Shown piece by piece: positions 34,875 to 44,685 of a stretch of DNA of 64,000 nucleotides. The stretch is taken from the NCBI GenBank assembly GCA_036867785.1, contig CP145426.1, positions 186,001 to 250,000 of the forward strand, read 5' to 3'. The notes under the pieces are model-generated. The model ran no database searches, was not told where the DNA came from, and saw nothing but the letters and a program-made list of their open reading frames with translations. Made by a program: the position numbers and the translations under genes. Position 1 is the first letter of the stretch. Each line of letters starts with the position of its first letter. The DNA is from Plasmodiophora brassicae (taxonomy: Eukaryota).

Positions 34875-37800
34875 AGTAATGATCTCTGCGCGTCCACCAT
34901 TCCTCCAGAGCGCCCCGACCTTGTCCTAAGCATTGATGTGTCCCTGCTGCTCGACAACGGCAGGACTGTGCAGACGAAGGCACTCATCGACTCTGGAGCA
35001 ACGAACGACTTCATTCACCGCGATCTCGTCCACTTGCACAATGTACCCCTCGTTGAGAAACCTGCACCAGTTGACTTGGAGGTAATTGACGGGCGACGGC
35101 TGCCGAAAGTGTCAATGGAAACCGTCCCAGTTAGCCTCCGCATCGGCAACCACTCCTACTCGATCGTGCTGAACGTGATTGACTCCCCGCGATTCCCAGT
35201 CATACTCGGCATGACCTGGCTCACCAAACACAACCCGAGCATCAACTGGGCACACAGGACAATCGAGTTCCTCCGCACGCCCGACAACGAGTCAAGCGAA
35301 TCCTCGACTCCAACCTCCGAAGGCACCATCACAACACTAACCCTGCACGATGTCGACACAACACCCGAACGACCCGAATCCACTTCAGTCCCAGGAGCCT
35401 CGCCAACCGAACAGACACCGCCACCAGCAAACGCCAAGCGACGCCGCAAGTGGAAGCCCGAGATCCACGCCGATAACGACAAGGTACCTTACGCCGTTCC
35501 GCTTCCCGGGGATTGGAACCAAGCCCAGAGTCTCAAGCGGTGGCACCACCGCCTCGGCCACCGTAACCTGCGTGACGTCATCCTGATGGCAAATCATGAC
35601 CTTACCGAGTCCATGGAGATCCTGGCACAGAAGGTTGACAGGTTCTGCGAAGGGTGCGCTATCGCGAAAGCCAAGGAACGTCCTTTCCCCTCGGAGTCCA
35701 AAGAAAAACAGTGGAACGTGCTCGAGAGAATCGACGTCGACGAATGCGGACCGCTTCCCGTCGCCTCACTCAAAGGGGAGCGATACTTTATCACGTTCAC
35801 GGAATTTGCAACCAGGATGAAATTTACCTTCCTGTTGCACCACAAGAACCAGGCGCTGACCAAGTTCAAGGAGCTCAAGACTCGAATTGAGAATCGCCTG
35901 GAGAAATCCATTAAGATCCTCTTCGGCGACAACGATGGGGTATTCATCAACAACGAGTTCAAGGCGTTCTTGCAGGACAACGGGATCGAGTGGAGATCAA
36001 CGGTGGAGTATTCCTCCAAGCAGAACGGTGTCTCCGAACGGGGACACCTGACGCTTATGGACTCCGGTCGCGCAATGCTCGTACACGCAAGGCTCCCCAA
36101 GCAGTTCTGGGGACCCGCAATTCTGACTGCCAGCCACGTCCATAATCTCTGCCCCCACCCACGCGATCCCTCGACCACGCCCCATGAAATGCTGTCGCGC
36201 TCGAAACCTGATATCCGCTATCTTAGAACGTTCGGGTGCGACGCATATGGCTACGTCCCGTCCAGCCAGAGAACGAAGCTGGACCCACGCGCCGTGAAAG
36301 GCATCTTCATCGGGTATGCAGACCACCAGAAAGGGTACGTCCTCTATCACCCTTCGTCCGGCCTGATCAAGGTGTACCGCAGCGTGACGTTCAGCGAAGA
36401 CAGCTTCGGCGGCCGCAGTGCGGACGACGCCCTCGCCGATCCCGAGGAACCTGAGTCTGGATACGACAGCGACTACGTTCCCTCCGGTGACGAACCCGCT
36501 GTCGAGGGGGCGCAGTCCGCCGCAGGCCCCAGTGAGGATCCGCGACCTCCCACCGAACGAGCCCGGCGTCTCTCCCGCAAGCCAGACCGTTTAGGAGATC
36601 CCGTCCACCACGCCTGGATCGCGTCCCTGCAACCTACCAACGACGATCCTATTCACCACATGTGGATAGGTTCCACACATCAATGCGACGACGACGATGA
36701 CGCCGCGCTCAATGCAGATGACCCCGACACTCCAAACACATATGAAGACGCCATGGCAAGTCCCGAGGCAGAGTTCTGGACTAAGGCGATGGCCGATGAA
36801 TTGAAGAGCCTGAAACAGCACAAGACATGGGAAGCTGTGGAGCGACTACCCGTCGGGGCACGCCCCATCGGATGCCGCTGGGTCTACAAGCGCAAGATCA
36901 CCAAGTCAAGTCAGATCCCGCCGGACACCACCTGGGTTCTCCGCCATGACCCCGACGGTGTCACCTCCTACCGGTACAAGGCTCGACTATGCATACTCGG
37001 CTACAGACAGCGCCAGGGGATCGACTACACGAACACCTATGCGCCAGTCGTCCGGAGCGACATCCTCCGTCTAGTACTAGCCATGTCGGTCCAAGACAAG
37101 GAGATCATCGCCGAGCAGATGGATGTGATGACCGCATTCCTCAACGCCCATCTCACCGAAGAGATCTACATGGACTCCCCGAAAGGGATGAAGGCCAGAA
37201 CCCGTTTCGTCAAGCTCCTACGATCGATCTATGGCCTGAAACAGGCCCCAAGAGAATGGTTCAAGGTCATCGACGCCTTCCTCGTTAACGAATGCGGGTT
37301 CCAACGAGCCAAGTCCGCATCGTGCTTGTACTTCAAACGTGGTCCAACTGGACGGCTCGTCATTGTTGGGGTCTACGTCGATGATATTCCCATCGTCGGA
37401 CATCCCGAACTCGTACAGGAAACCAAGTCAGCCCTCTCGAAGAGATTCAAGATGTCGGACATGGGAGAGCTTCAATCAGTCATTGGCTTCGACGTCGATA
37501 GACAAGGTGGATCGGTGTTCCTGTCGCAGGAACGCTACACGAAAACTATCCTCGACACCTACGGCATGGCCGAATCGCGCCCCGTCTCGACACCGGCAGA
37601 TGCGAACTTGAAGTTATCCACATCACTGTGCCCGCAGAACCAGGCCGATCGCGAACTTGCCGCCTTAGAAGGCCAGCGCATCAACTATCGAGCAGCGGTA
37701 GGTCACCTAATGTGGCTGCTGCACACCCGGCCAGACATCGCCTATGCGGTGAACGAGGTCTCCCGATACGTGCAAGACCCAGGGCCAGCGCACTTCGTCG

Positions 37801-38444
37801 CGCTGAAGCGAGTCTTCAGGTACCTCAACGGCACTCGCAACTACGGCCTCCTGTTCGAAGGAGGTGGGGAAACGGCCACACCGCTCCTGGTCGGCTACTC
37901 CGATTCTGATTGGGGTGGAGACCTCGACACACGACGATCGACTTCGGGGTGCGTGTTCCTTCTGAATGGCTGCCCGGTTTCATTTCGCTCTAAGAAGCAG
38001 ACCACGGTCGCGTTATCGTCGTGCGAGGCGGAGACGGTGGCGTCAACACTCGCGGCAACAGAAGGCGTCTGGTTGCGCAATGTGCTGGACGAACTAGGTT
38101 TTCCACAAGCTCAGCCTACACCTCTACACGTAGACAATCAGGGGGCGATCGCGTTCGCCAACAGCGAAATCAACCACAGCAAGATGAAACATCTCGCGCT
38201 CAAGGACCACTTCGTCAGAGAACTGGTGGCATCCAACCAGATCAAGGTGCACTACGTCCGCTCGTGCGAGAACCTCGCCGACATCTTCACGAAACCGCTC
38301 GGAAAGCACAAGTTCGTAGAATTCCGTGCGGCCCTCAAGTGCGTACCGCATCCCCACATGAACTTGGACTCTCAGGTCGAGGGGGGGAATCGGGACACTG
38401 GTGCGACCTCGAGTCCGCAGAGTGCCTTAGATCAGCAATCATAG
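34875..38444 (+). CDS. pol: Pol: retropepsin - GAG-pre-integrase - integrase - copia RT - RNase H
   Basis: ALIDSGA...ILGMTWL.KHNPSINW; WHHRLGH, CEGC, QNGVSER, TKLDPRA; YKARL...QG.DY..TYAPV, QMDV.TAFLN, YGLKQAPR.W, YVDD; GYSDSDW...RRSTSG, ADIFTK. The frame is open from 34875. Confidence 0.93.
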   Translation, partial: SNDLCASTIPPERPDLVLSIDVSLLLDNGRTVQTKALIDSGATNDFIHRDLVHLHNVPLVEKPAPVDLEVIDGRRLPKVSMETVPVSLRIGNHSYSIVLNVIDSPRFPVILGMTWLTKHNPSINWAHRTIEFLRTPDNESSESSTPTSEGTITTLTLHDVDTTPERPESTSVPGASPTEQTPPPANAKRRRKWKPEIHADNDKVPYAVPLPGDWNQAQSLKRWHHRLGHRNLRDVILMANHDLTESMEILAQKVDRFCEGCAIAKAKERPFPSESKEKQWNVLERIDVDECGPLPVASLKGERYFITFTEFATRMKFTFLLHHKNQALTKFKELKTRIENRLEKSIKILFGDNDGVFINNEFKAFLQDNGIEWRSTVEYSSKQNGVSERGHLTLMDSGRAMLVHARLPKQFWGPAILTASHVHNLCPHPRDPSTTPHEMLSRSKPDIRYLRTFGCDAYGYVPSSQRTKLDPRAVKGIFIGYADHQKGYVLYHPSSGLIKVYRSVTFSEDSFGGRSADDALADPEEPESGYDSDYVPSGDEPAVEGAQSAAGPSEDPRPPTERARRLSRKPDRLGDPVHHAWIASLQPTNDDPIHHMWIGSTHQCDDDDDAALNADDPDTPNTYEDAMASPEAEFWTKAMADELKSLKQHKTWEAVERLPVGARPIGCRWVYKRKITKSSQIPPDTTWVLRHDPDGVTSYRYKARLCILGYRQRQGIDYTNTYAPVVRSDILRLVLAMSVQDKEIIAEQMDVMTAFLNAHLTEEIYMDSPKGMKARTRFVKLLRSIYGLKQAPREWFKVIDAFLVNECGFQRAKSASCLYFKRGPTGRLVIVGVYVDDIPIVGHPELVQETKSALSKRFKMSDMGELQSVIGFDVDRQGGSVFLSQERYTKTILDTYGMAESRPVSTPADANLKLSTSLCPQNQADRELAALEGQRINYRAAVGHLMWLLHTRPDIAYAVNEVSRYVQDPGPAHFVALKRVFRYLNGTRNYGLLFEGGGETATPLLVGYSDSDWGGDLDTRRSTSGCVFLLNGCPVSFRSKKQTTVALSSCEAETVASTLAATEGVWLRNVLDELGFPQAQPTPLHVDNQGAIAFANSEINHSKMKHLALKDHFVRELVASNQIKVHYVRSCENLADIFTKPLGKHKFVEFRAALKCVPHPHMNLDSQVEGGNRDTGATSSPQSALDQQS

Positions 38445-38694
38445 GGCGCCTCCCACATATACCGCGCAACACTGCCGTACGGCGTCCGTGGCGCACCAAT
38501 CATACATTCTGCTATCTGGCCTTGTCTGGTCTTGTCCGTGTCCTGCGTGCTAATTCTTCACCACGCGGGGTGCGCGGCAGCTAAAGACAAACAGTTCGCA
38601 ACCATATTCTATGACTTCACAAAGGCATTCGACAGAGTGAAACATGTTAAGCTAATCGAAAAGATGCGAAGGATGCAAATTGACCCCTACCTAA

Positions 38695-39042
38695 GAGCAT
38701 CTCCACCGGTGATCCATATCCATATCTTTAACCGCGCAATTTATGGATTCCAGATTTGGTGAAAGGTAGGGGTTTCCCCAGCGGTGGCCGGGACACCAGT
38801 CAGTCTTTAAACGGGAGGGGTTGTCCGACGCCGGCGCGCAGTCCGTGGTGCGCTGTTCGCGGCGCGCTGTCCGCCATTTTGCTGTCCTCAAATCCGTTCC
38901 AGATCTGTTCAAATCTGCGACGGATTTAATGACGATCCATATCCGTTTATAGATATGGACAACGAGTGGGGTACAGATTCTCTATCATTATCATTAAATT
39001 TGCGGATATATATATGGATATGGATCACCGGTGGAGATGCTC
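38695..39042. mobile_element. PIF/Harbinger-type (Tourist-like) MITE, 348 bp
   Basis: 31-bp TIRs GAGCATCTCCACCGGTGATCCATATCCATAT; TAA TSD; excision restores LINE RT sequence DPYLILIIDEWL. Confidence 0.93.
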
Positions 39043-39946
39043 TAATACTGATAATCGACGAATGGCTCTCAAACAGGAAATTTGAAGTATCACACCGCGG
39101 AACCACGTCCAGACAACGAAAGCAAACGAGCGGGATCCCACAAGGGTGAAGTCTGAGTGTACTCCTATGGGCAATTTATGTATATGATGCTCCCCTTGAA
39201 GAAGACACTAGCAACATCTACGTTGATGACATCGCCACTTGGGCAACCGGACAAACAAAGAAACAGGTGAAACGCATCTTGCGTAGGAAGAACGCAGCCT
39301 TAATGAAATGGTGTGAAGACAACCACATCAAAATCAACTGGGACAAAACGGTGATACTTTTCAATGAGTATAACCCAGATGACTGCCTAAAGACGAACAA
39401 AACCAGAATTACGACGGCCCCAGAAGTTAAGTACCTGGGAATCACGTTGCGCGCAAATGAGGAAGACAGAAGCGGGATGATGATGATCGACCTCACAGGC
39501 ATAGCAGCCAATATCAGGCAAAGGTGCAGAGCAGTCAGGTCACTCCTAAAATACAATTTTCCCATCAAGACATACCATCAAATATGCAAAGGATTCATTG
39601 GGGGAAACTAAACTACTACCTGCCGATACTAGGAGCCGAAACTGGGAAAGAAATGAAAAGCGTTCTTCGCCCGTTAGAAATTGCATACAATGAGTACATG
39701 AGAGCATATGCTGGTGCGTTCTGCTCCACACCAACACCTCTGCTGCACGCAATGACAGGATGATTCAAGCAGTTCGAAGCGCTTAGGAAAGTGAAAGTCC
39801 CCAGTGTATCTAACGTGGGGGAAGCCGACGTCCCCATGACGTCGCACACACAGTGGCACGGTCGCCACTGTGCACCAGTTGCGTCACGTCGTCGTGACTC
39901 ATGGGTCGGCCACTGTCGCTAGCCTTCCCATTATGAATCAGCCGCC

Positions 39947-42900
39947 CTAAGGCGCCAGCGACAGGTCCACCCGACCCATCCCGGCCGCCCTCTTCATGAC
40001 CTCCACAGGTTCACGAGTGGTCGGCTTGGTGAGCGCGTCCGCCGGATTGTTCTTTGACGCCACGCGCTCGAACCGGAGCAGTCCCTCCTGGACGCACTCT
40101 CGCACATAGTGCCATTTCACCCGAATGTGCTTGTTCCGGTCCGTGACCCCGAGCGTCTTCACCATCTGCTCGGCAGCCGTGTTGTCCTCCAGCACAATCG
40201 ACGGGTCCGTCAGAGTGAACCCGATGTCGGTGAGGAGCATCCGGACCCACACTACTTCACGCGCCAGCTCGCTGGCCGCCACGTACTCCGCGTGCGCTGA
40301 GGAGGTCGCCACCAGGCTTTGCTGCTTCGATCGCCAGCTCACAGCTGCGTCCATCAGCGTGACGATGAATCCCGTGACCGACTTGGATGTGTCCGGGTCC
40401 ATCGCAAAGTCCGAGTCGACCGCCGCCCGGGGCTCCGACTCCTTCACGTTGTCTTTGTTCAGTGCCATCGGGTCGAATTCAGTCGCCGGTGTCTTGCTCT
40501 TCGCGTAGATGATGCCGACATCCGTGTTGTTCTGGACATATCGCAGCACGTGGAGCATCGCCTCGAAATGCTCCCGACCCGGGTTGTTCAGGTGACGCGA
40601 CAGCTGCGACACCGCGTGCGTGATTGTCGGCATCGTGCCGATCGACAGATGCGCCAGGCAACCAACGCCCTCGCGGTACCGCTCATGCTGGTGCGGAACA
40701 CCGTCGGTTCGCCGGGGCATAATCTGCCCGACAGGCAGAGCCGTGGCCGGCGCGCGCAAGCGGCGCCCGGCGGCTGCCTCGTCGATGTCGGTCTGGAACC
40801 GCGCGACCACCTCCTTGGCGTACTGCTGTTGGTCGATCGTGATGCGCGTTGCCTCCTGCTTGATGCGCATCCCCAGGATCCATCTCGCGATGCCGAGGTC
40901 CTTCATCTTGAACTTCTTGCCCAACGCTGCCTTGACGTACTCGATGACGTCGGGATCCGTGCCAAACATCATAAAGTCGTCCACGAACACCCCGAGGATC
41001 GTGATCTGTCTGCGGCCGTCCTTCGTCGTGAACATAACGAACAGGCACGGGTCGCCGGTCACCCTTGTGAAGCCGATTTCGAACAGAACTGATACGAGCT
41101 TATCGTACCAGAGCTTCGGCGCCTCGACCAGGCCGTACAGCGCCTTCAGGAGCTTCATCACCTTGCCGCGTCCTCCGACCACGAAGTTCTTCGGCTGTTC
41201 ACAGTAGATCGGGTACGGCAGGTCTCCATTCAGGAACGCCGTCTTAACGTCCAGCTGGTGGATGACCACGCCCAGCATGGCCGCCAGCGCCACCATGATG
41301 CGCAACGTCGCATACCGGAGCGTCGGCGAGTACGTCTCCTTCTGGCCCTTGAACTTGTCGCAGCATCCCTTGACGCAGAAGCGGGCCTTGTGGCGCGTGA
41401 TCTCCCCGTCCTCGTCGCGCTTCGTCGTGTGCACGAACATTGTTGGCAGCACTTGAGCGTCGGTCGGGCGGTCCACGATCTCATACGTGCCCGCTTCCTT
41501 CAGCGACTGCATCTCCTCGACCTGCGCCGCCAGGTACTTGTCCCGGTCAGGCCCGTTCTCGGCCTCGTACTCAGTGAGGAACGCGTTGCCAGCGTCCTCC
41601 TCCTCCAGGTAGCTGTCCTCGTTCTCGAGCGCCTCGTCCTGGTTGACCTGGTCCTCGTTGTCCGGGTCGTCGTTGGCCTCGTTGTCGTGGTCGACAGCAT
41701 CTGCTGCTGCCGCCTGGTCGACGTTGTCGGCAGCCCCTGCTGCCGCCCTGGCGCTGGCCGCCCTCTGGCGCCGCGCTTCGCCGTCGTAGTCCACGTCGGC
41801 AAACCGAGCGGGCGCTCCTCTGATGCGCGTCGACCGCCTCGGTTCAGGGACGCCTTGAGCAGCAGGTCCTCGATCCCCGCCGCCCTGAGCTGCTTGCTCA
41901 TCGCGTCCGTCATGCCGGTCTTCACCGGCACCTGCGAGTTCCCTGGCACGGTCGTCCCCGCCGCCGCCTCGCTGAATGGCGCGGCCATCCTGGCCGCCGC
42001 CCTGTTGTTGACCGACGCGACCTTCTCGATCGCCGTCGTCTTGTCGTGCGACGCGATCGTCCCGACCGCCGTCGTCTTCTTGCCCATGACGATCGTCTTG
42101 ACCGCCATCGCCGCCTCCTTGCAGCTGGGCTTGCGCCGTCTCTTGGCGCTTGCGGGTCTCCTCTCCGCGGGAGCCGCTGTCATCCTTGAACGGGAATTCG
42201 TTGGGGAAGAAGACCACGTCCGAAGACTCGATCATCTTGCGGCTGTGCCACAGCAGCAGCCGGTACGCCTTCTTGTCGATGCACACCCCCATGTGGACCG
42301 CGCGCTCGGCCCTGGCGTCCAGCTTGCACTTCTTTTGCCGCCGGATCCTGACCCACGCCTCGCAACCGAATGGCATCGCCCTCGACAGGTCTGCTTGTTC
42401 CCCCGTCAGTTCCTCGATTGGCGTCGTCCGGTGGCCGTGTCGTTGGAGCGGCACGCGGTTGGCTACCCACGTCTGATGCCGCCCGTTCTCGGTCCAGTAC
42501 TTGCGCGGGACGCCTGACTGGACACGAGCTGCGCGCATCATCTTGACAATCTTGCCACCGAACGTCTCCGCGAGACCGTTCTGGTGCGGGCGGTCCGTGT
42601 CGCTGAACTCCTGTGCGATTCCCCGCTCGCGCAGCAGCTTCGCCAGGCGCGTCGAGGTGAACTCGCCGCCCTGGTCGGCGCGGAACGTGTCGACGCGTGT
42701 GCCGCCCATGACCTCGAGCCGGGTCAGCACGTCCATGACGACTTGCTCCTGGTCACCCTTATTTGCCAGGTTGACCGTGGCACCGACACCAGTCGCGTGG
42801 TCAACGTAGCACGCCATGTACGTCTTTCCGTCATGCGACCTGGTGTCGAACGTCTGCAGGTCCGCCCCGACGATCTGCAGCTTCGAGAGCACCGTCCGTG

Positions 42901-43228
42901 TCCGTCTCCGCGGGATCGCCGTTCGGTTGAGGTTGGCCTCGATGCACACCTTGCACCTGGGCACCTCGTCGCTCGCCAGGTCGGCCTCGTCGATGTTGAG
43001 ACCGGTGATTGCCCCGTTCTTGACTGCCTTTCTGATCGTGATCGTGGACAGGTGGCCGCACCTCGCGTGCGCCTCCGCCAATGATATCGTTCTGTCGCGC
43101 TTTACGTCCGCGGGCTTGCGCGTTTCCTTCTTCTCGGCCGGCTCCTCCTTGCTCGGGCTCTTGTTTTCTGGCTGGTTTGGATGATCGTGATCGGGGGCGG
43201 CCAGCGCCACCCCCGCTACTCGAAATCC
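39947..43228 (-). CDS. pol: Copia ORF2: integrase - RT - RNase H (no own ATG; -1 frame relative to ORF1)
   Basis: HARCGH, CKVC, RADQGGEF, QNGLAE, KLDARA; KARFCVKG, HQLDVKTAFLNG, LYGL, FVDD; DSDF, SWRSKQQ, KHI, ADALTK. Confidence 0.92.
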   Translation of the reverse strand, partial: GFRVAGVALAAPDHDHPNQPENKSPSKEEPAEKKETRKPADVKRDRTISLAEAHARCGHLSTITIRKAVKNGAITGLNIDEADLASDEVPRCKVCIEANLNRTAIPRRRTRTVLSKLQIVGADLQTFDTRSHDGKTYMACYVDHATGVGATVNLANKGDQEQVVMDVLTRLEVMGGTRVDTFRADQGGEFTSTRLAKLLRERGIAQEFSDTDRPHQNGLAETFGGKIVKMMRAARVQSGVPRKYWTENGRHQTWVANRVPLQRHGHRTTPIEELTGEQADLSRAMPFGCEAWVRIRRQKKCKLDARAERAVHMGVCIDKKAYRLLLWHSRKMIESSDVVFFPNEFPFKDDSGSRGEETRKRQETAQAQLQGGGDGGQDDRHGQEDDGGRDDRVARQDDGDREGRVGQQQGGGQDGRAIQRGGGGDDRARELAGAGEDRHDGRDEQAAQGGGDRGPAAQGVPEPRRSTRIRGAPARFADVDYDGEARRQRAASARAAAGAADNVDQAAAADAVDHDNEANDDPDNEDQVNQDEALENEDSYLEEEDAGNAFLTEYEAENGPDRDKYLAAQVEEMQSLKEAGTYEIVDRPTDAQVLPTMFVHTTKRDEDGEITRHKARFCVKGCCDKFKGQKETYSPTLRYATLRIMVALAAMLGVVIHQLDVKTAFLNGDLPYPIYCEQPKNFVVGGRGKVMKLLKALYGLVEAPKLWYDKLVSVLFEIGFTRVTGDPCLFVMFTTKDGRRQITILGVFVDDFMMFGTDPDVIEYVKAALGKKFKMKDLGIARWILGMRIKQEATRITIDQQQYAKEVVARFQTDIDEAAAGRRLRAPATALPVGQIMPRRTDGVPHQHERYREGVGCLAHLSIGTMPTITHAVSQLSRHLNNPGREHFEAMLHVLRYVQNNTDVGIIYAKSKTPATEFDPMALNKDNVKESEPRAAVDSDFAMDPDTSKSVTGFIVTLMDAAVSWRSKQQSLVATSSAHAEYVAASELAREVVWVRMLLTDIGFTLTDPSIVLEDNTAAEQMVKTLGVTDRNKHIRVKWHYVRECVQEGLLRFERVASKNNPADALTKPTTREPVEVMKRAAGMGRVDLSLAP

Positions 43229-44685
43229 TGGACCTTGTGCAGATCCAGGTAGTACAGGCCCTTGCGGACCGTACTGGTCACGATCGTCCTTCCGGCCCCG
43301 TCCAGGAGCCGGGCTGAGCGCGTCTGCTCATGGTGCTCCGCGCCCGTCTTGCCGTCCTTGCCGAGCTGCAGGAGTGCCGAACGCACCGCGAAGATGTTCG
43401 CGGATGCATCTGGCGCGTACGCGACGTTTGTCAGCGTGATCGACTTGCCGTTAGCCAGCTTGAGGCGGACGTTGCCCCTGGCATGGACCTTGATTCGCTG
43501 CGGGCCGATGCCGCCGATCGTCGGCCGGTCCTTGTCGGCGATGAAGTCCAGCTCCTCGAAGTGCGCCTTGTGGGTGGACACGTGGCCGCACGTCGCCGCG
43601 TTGTCGACGATGAAGTCGCGGATGCCCTTCCGCGGCGCGTCCTCGACGCCCGCCAGGCTCGTCAGGAGCGCGATCGACGCCGAACCGCCTTCCTCTTTGC
43701 CCCCCTTCCGCTTGCCGTTCCTGGCCTTGCCGCGCTCGGCGTTGCCGGTCTTCTTGCGGCTACGGCAGTCGGCCGCCCTGTGTCCAGCCTTTCCACAGTT
43801 GAAGCACTTGCCGGAGAACCCCGTCGTCGTCATGGCCGCCGAGGAGCCGCTGTCGTCGTCGCCGCGCTCTATCGCTCCCCGCTTGTACTGAGCGAGCACT
43901 TCTGCGCGGACCTTGCTTTGCGTCAGCTCTCCGATGGGACCGCGCAGCATCGCGTTGACTAAGTCCTTGTACTCGGTGTATGGCAGCGAGATAAGGACCT
44001 TCGTCGCCATGTCCGACTCAGTCTTCGTCCGATTCGGATCCGCCCGGGCCAGGTTGATGCCCAGGTCGCGCATCGCCGTCAGGTGCGCCTTGGTCTCCGT
44101 GAGGTCGGCGCCCGCCTTAAGCTTTGTTGTTGACAGAAGAATGTCGAACATCGCCAGGTCCGTGCCCGTTTGGCCGGAATACTCCGTCTGGATGGCGCTC
44201 CACGCCAGGTCCGGACGGTCGTCGGGTATGTCGAGTATCAAGGGAAGTTCGTCTTCATGCACGTTCTTCTTGATAGCGTACATTGCGTGGAGCCTCTCTT
44301 GCTCCGACGCCGGCTCTTCGTTGTGCCCGCGCGTCGCGGGCTCCACGGCCTTTTGCAGGCCCGACTTCTTGAGCATCGTCGTCATCGACGACGCCCAGAC
44401 CAGGTAATTGTCCTTGCCCTTCAGCTGGACGGAGATCTTGATGCCGGACTCCTTCAGGCCCGTCAGCCTTTCCTTCTGCGCAGCTTCCAGCCGCGCCAGA
44501 CGATCCTTGAGCGCCGCGTTCTCGCGCTGGCCGGTCCCGCTCCCGGCCGCCGCTGCTTGCAGACGTTCAACCTCCGCCTCCAGCCGATCCTGCTGCCGCT
44601 GGGCCTCGGACAGCGCAGCGCTTATCTGGGCGATCACGGCCTCTGCTTGGGCCAGGTCGGCTGGGATGCTTGGGATCGTCGCCAT
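43216..44685 (-). CDS. gag: Copia ORF1: Gag + CCHC knuckle + aspartic protease
   Basis: LKG.DNY.VW, LISLP..EY, CFNCGKAGHRAADC, FIVDNAAT..HV, G.V.L, LTNVAYAP, GLYYL. Confidence 0.88.
   Translation of the reverse strand: MATIPSIPADLAQAEAVIAQISAALSEAQRQQDRLEAEVERLQAAAAGSGTGQRENAALKDRLARLEAAQKERLTGLKESGIKISVQLKGKDNYLVWASSMTTMLKKSGLQKAVEPATRGHNEEPASEQERLHAMYAIKKNVHEDELPLILDIPDDRPDLAWSAIQTEYSGQTGTDLAMFDILLSTTKLKAGADLTETKAHLTAMRDLGINLARADPNRTKTESDMATKVLISLPYTEYKDLVNAMLRGPIGELTQSKVRAEVLAQYKRGAIERGDDDSGSSAAMTTTGFSGKCFNCGKAGHRAADCRSRKKTGNAERGKARNGKRKGGKEEGGSASIALLTSLAGVEDAPRKGIRDFIVDNAATCGHVSTHKAHFEELDFIADKDRPTIGGIGPQRIKVHARGNVRLKLANGKSITLTNVAYAPDASANIFAVRSALLQLGKDGKTGAEHHEQTRSARLLDGAGRTIVTSTVRKGLYYLDLHKVQDFE

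Larger units (their letters stand above)
33495..38555 (+). mobile_element. LTR retrotransposon with gypsy-type gag/protease and copia-type IN-RT-RH
   Basis: Identical 168-bp LTRs at 33495-33662 and 38388-38555; TSD CTTCA; PBS-like GGTTTTGGGCCCA; polypurine GAGGGGGGG before the 3' LTR. Confidence 0.95.
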
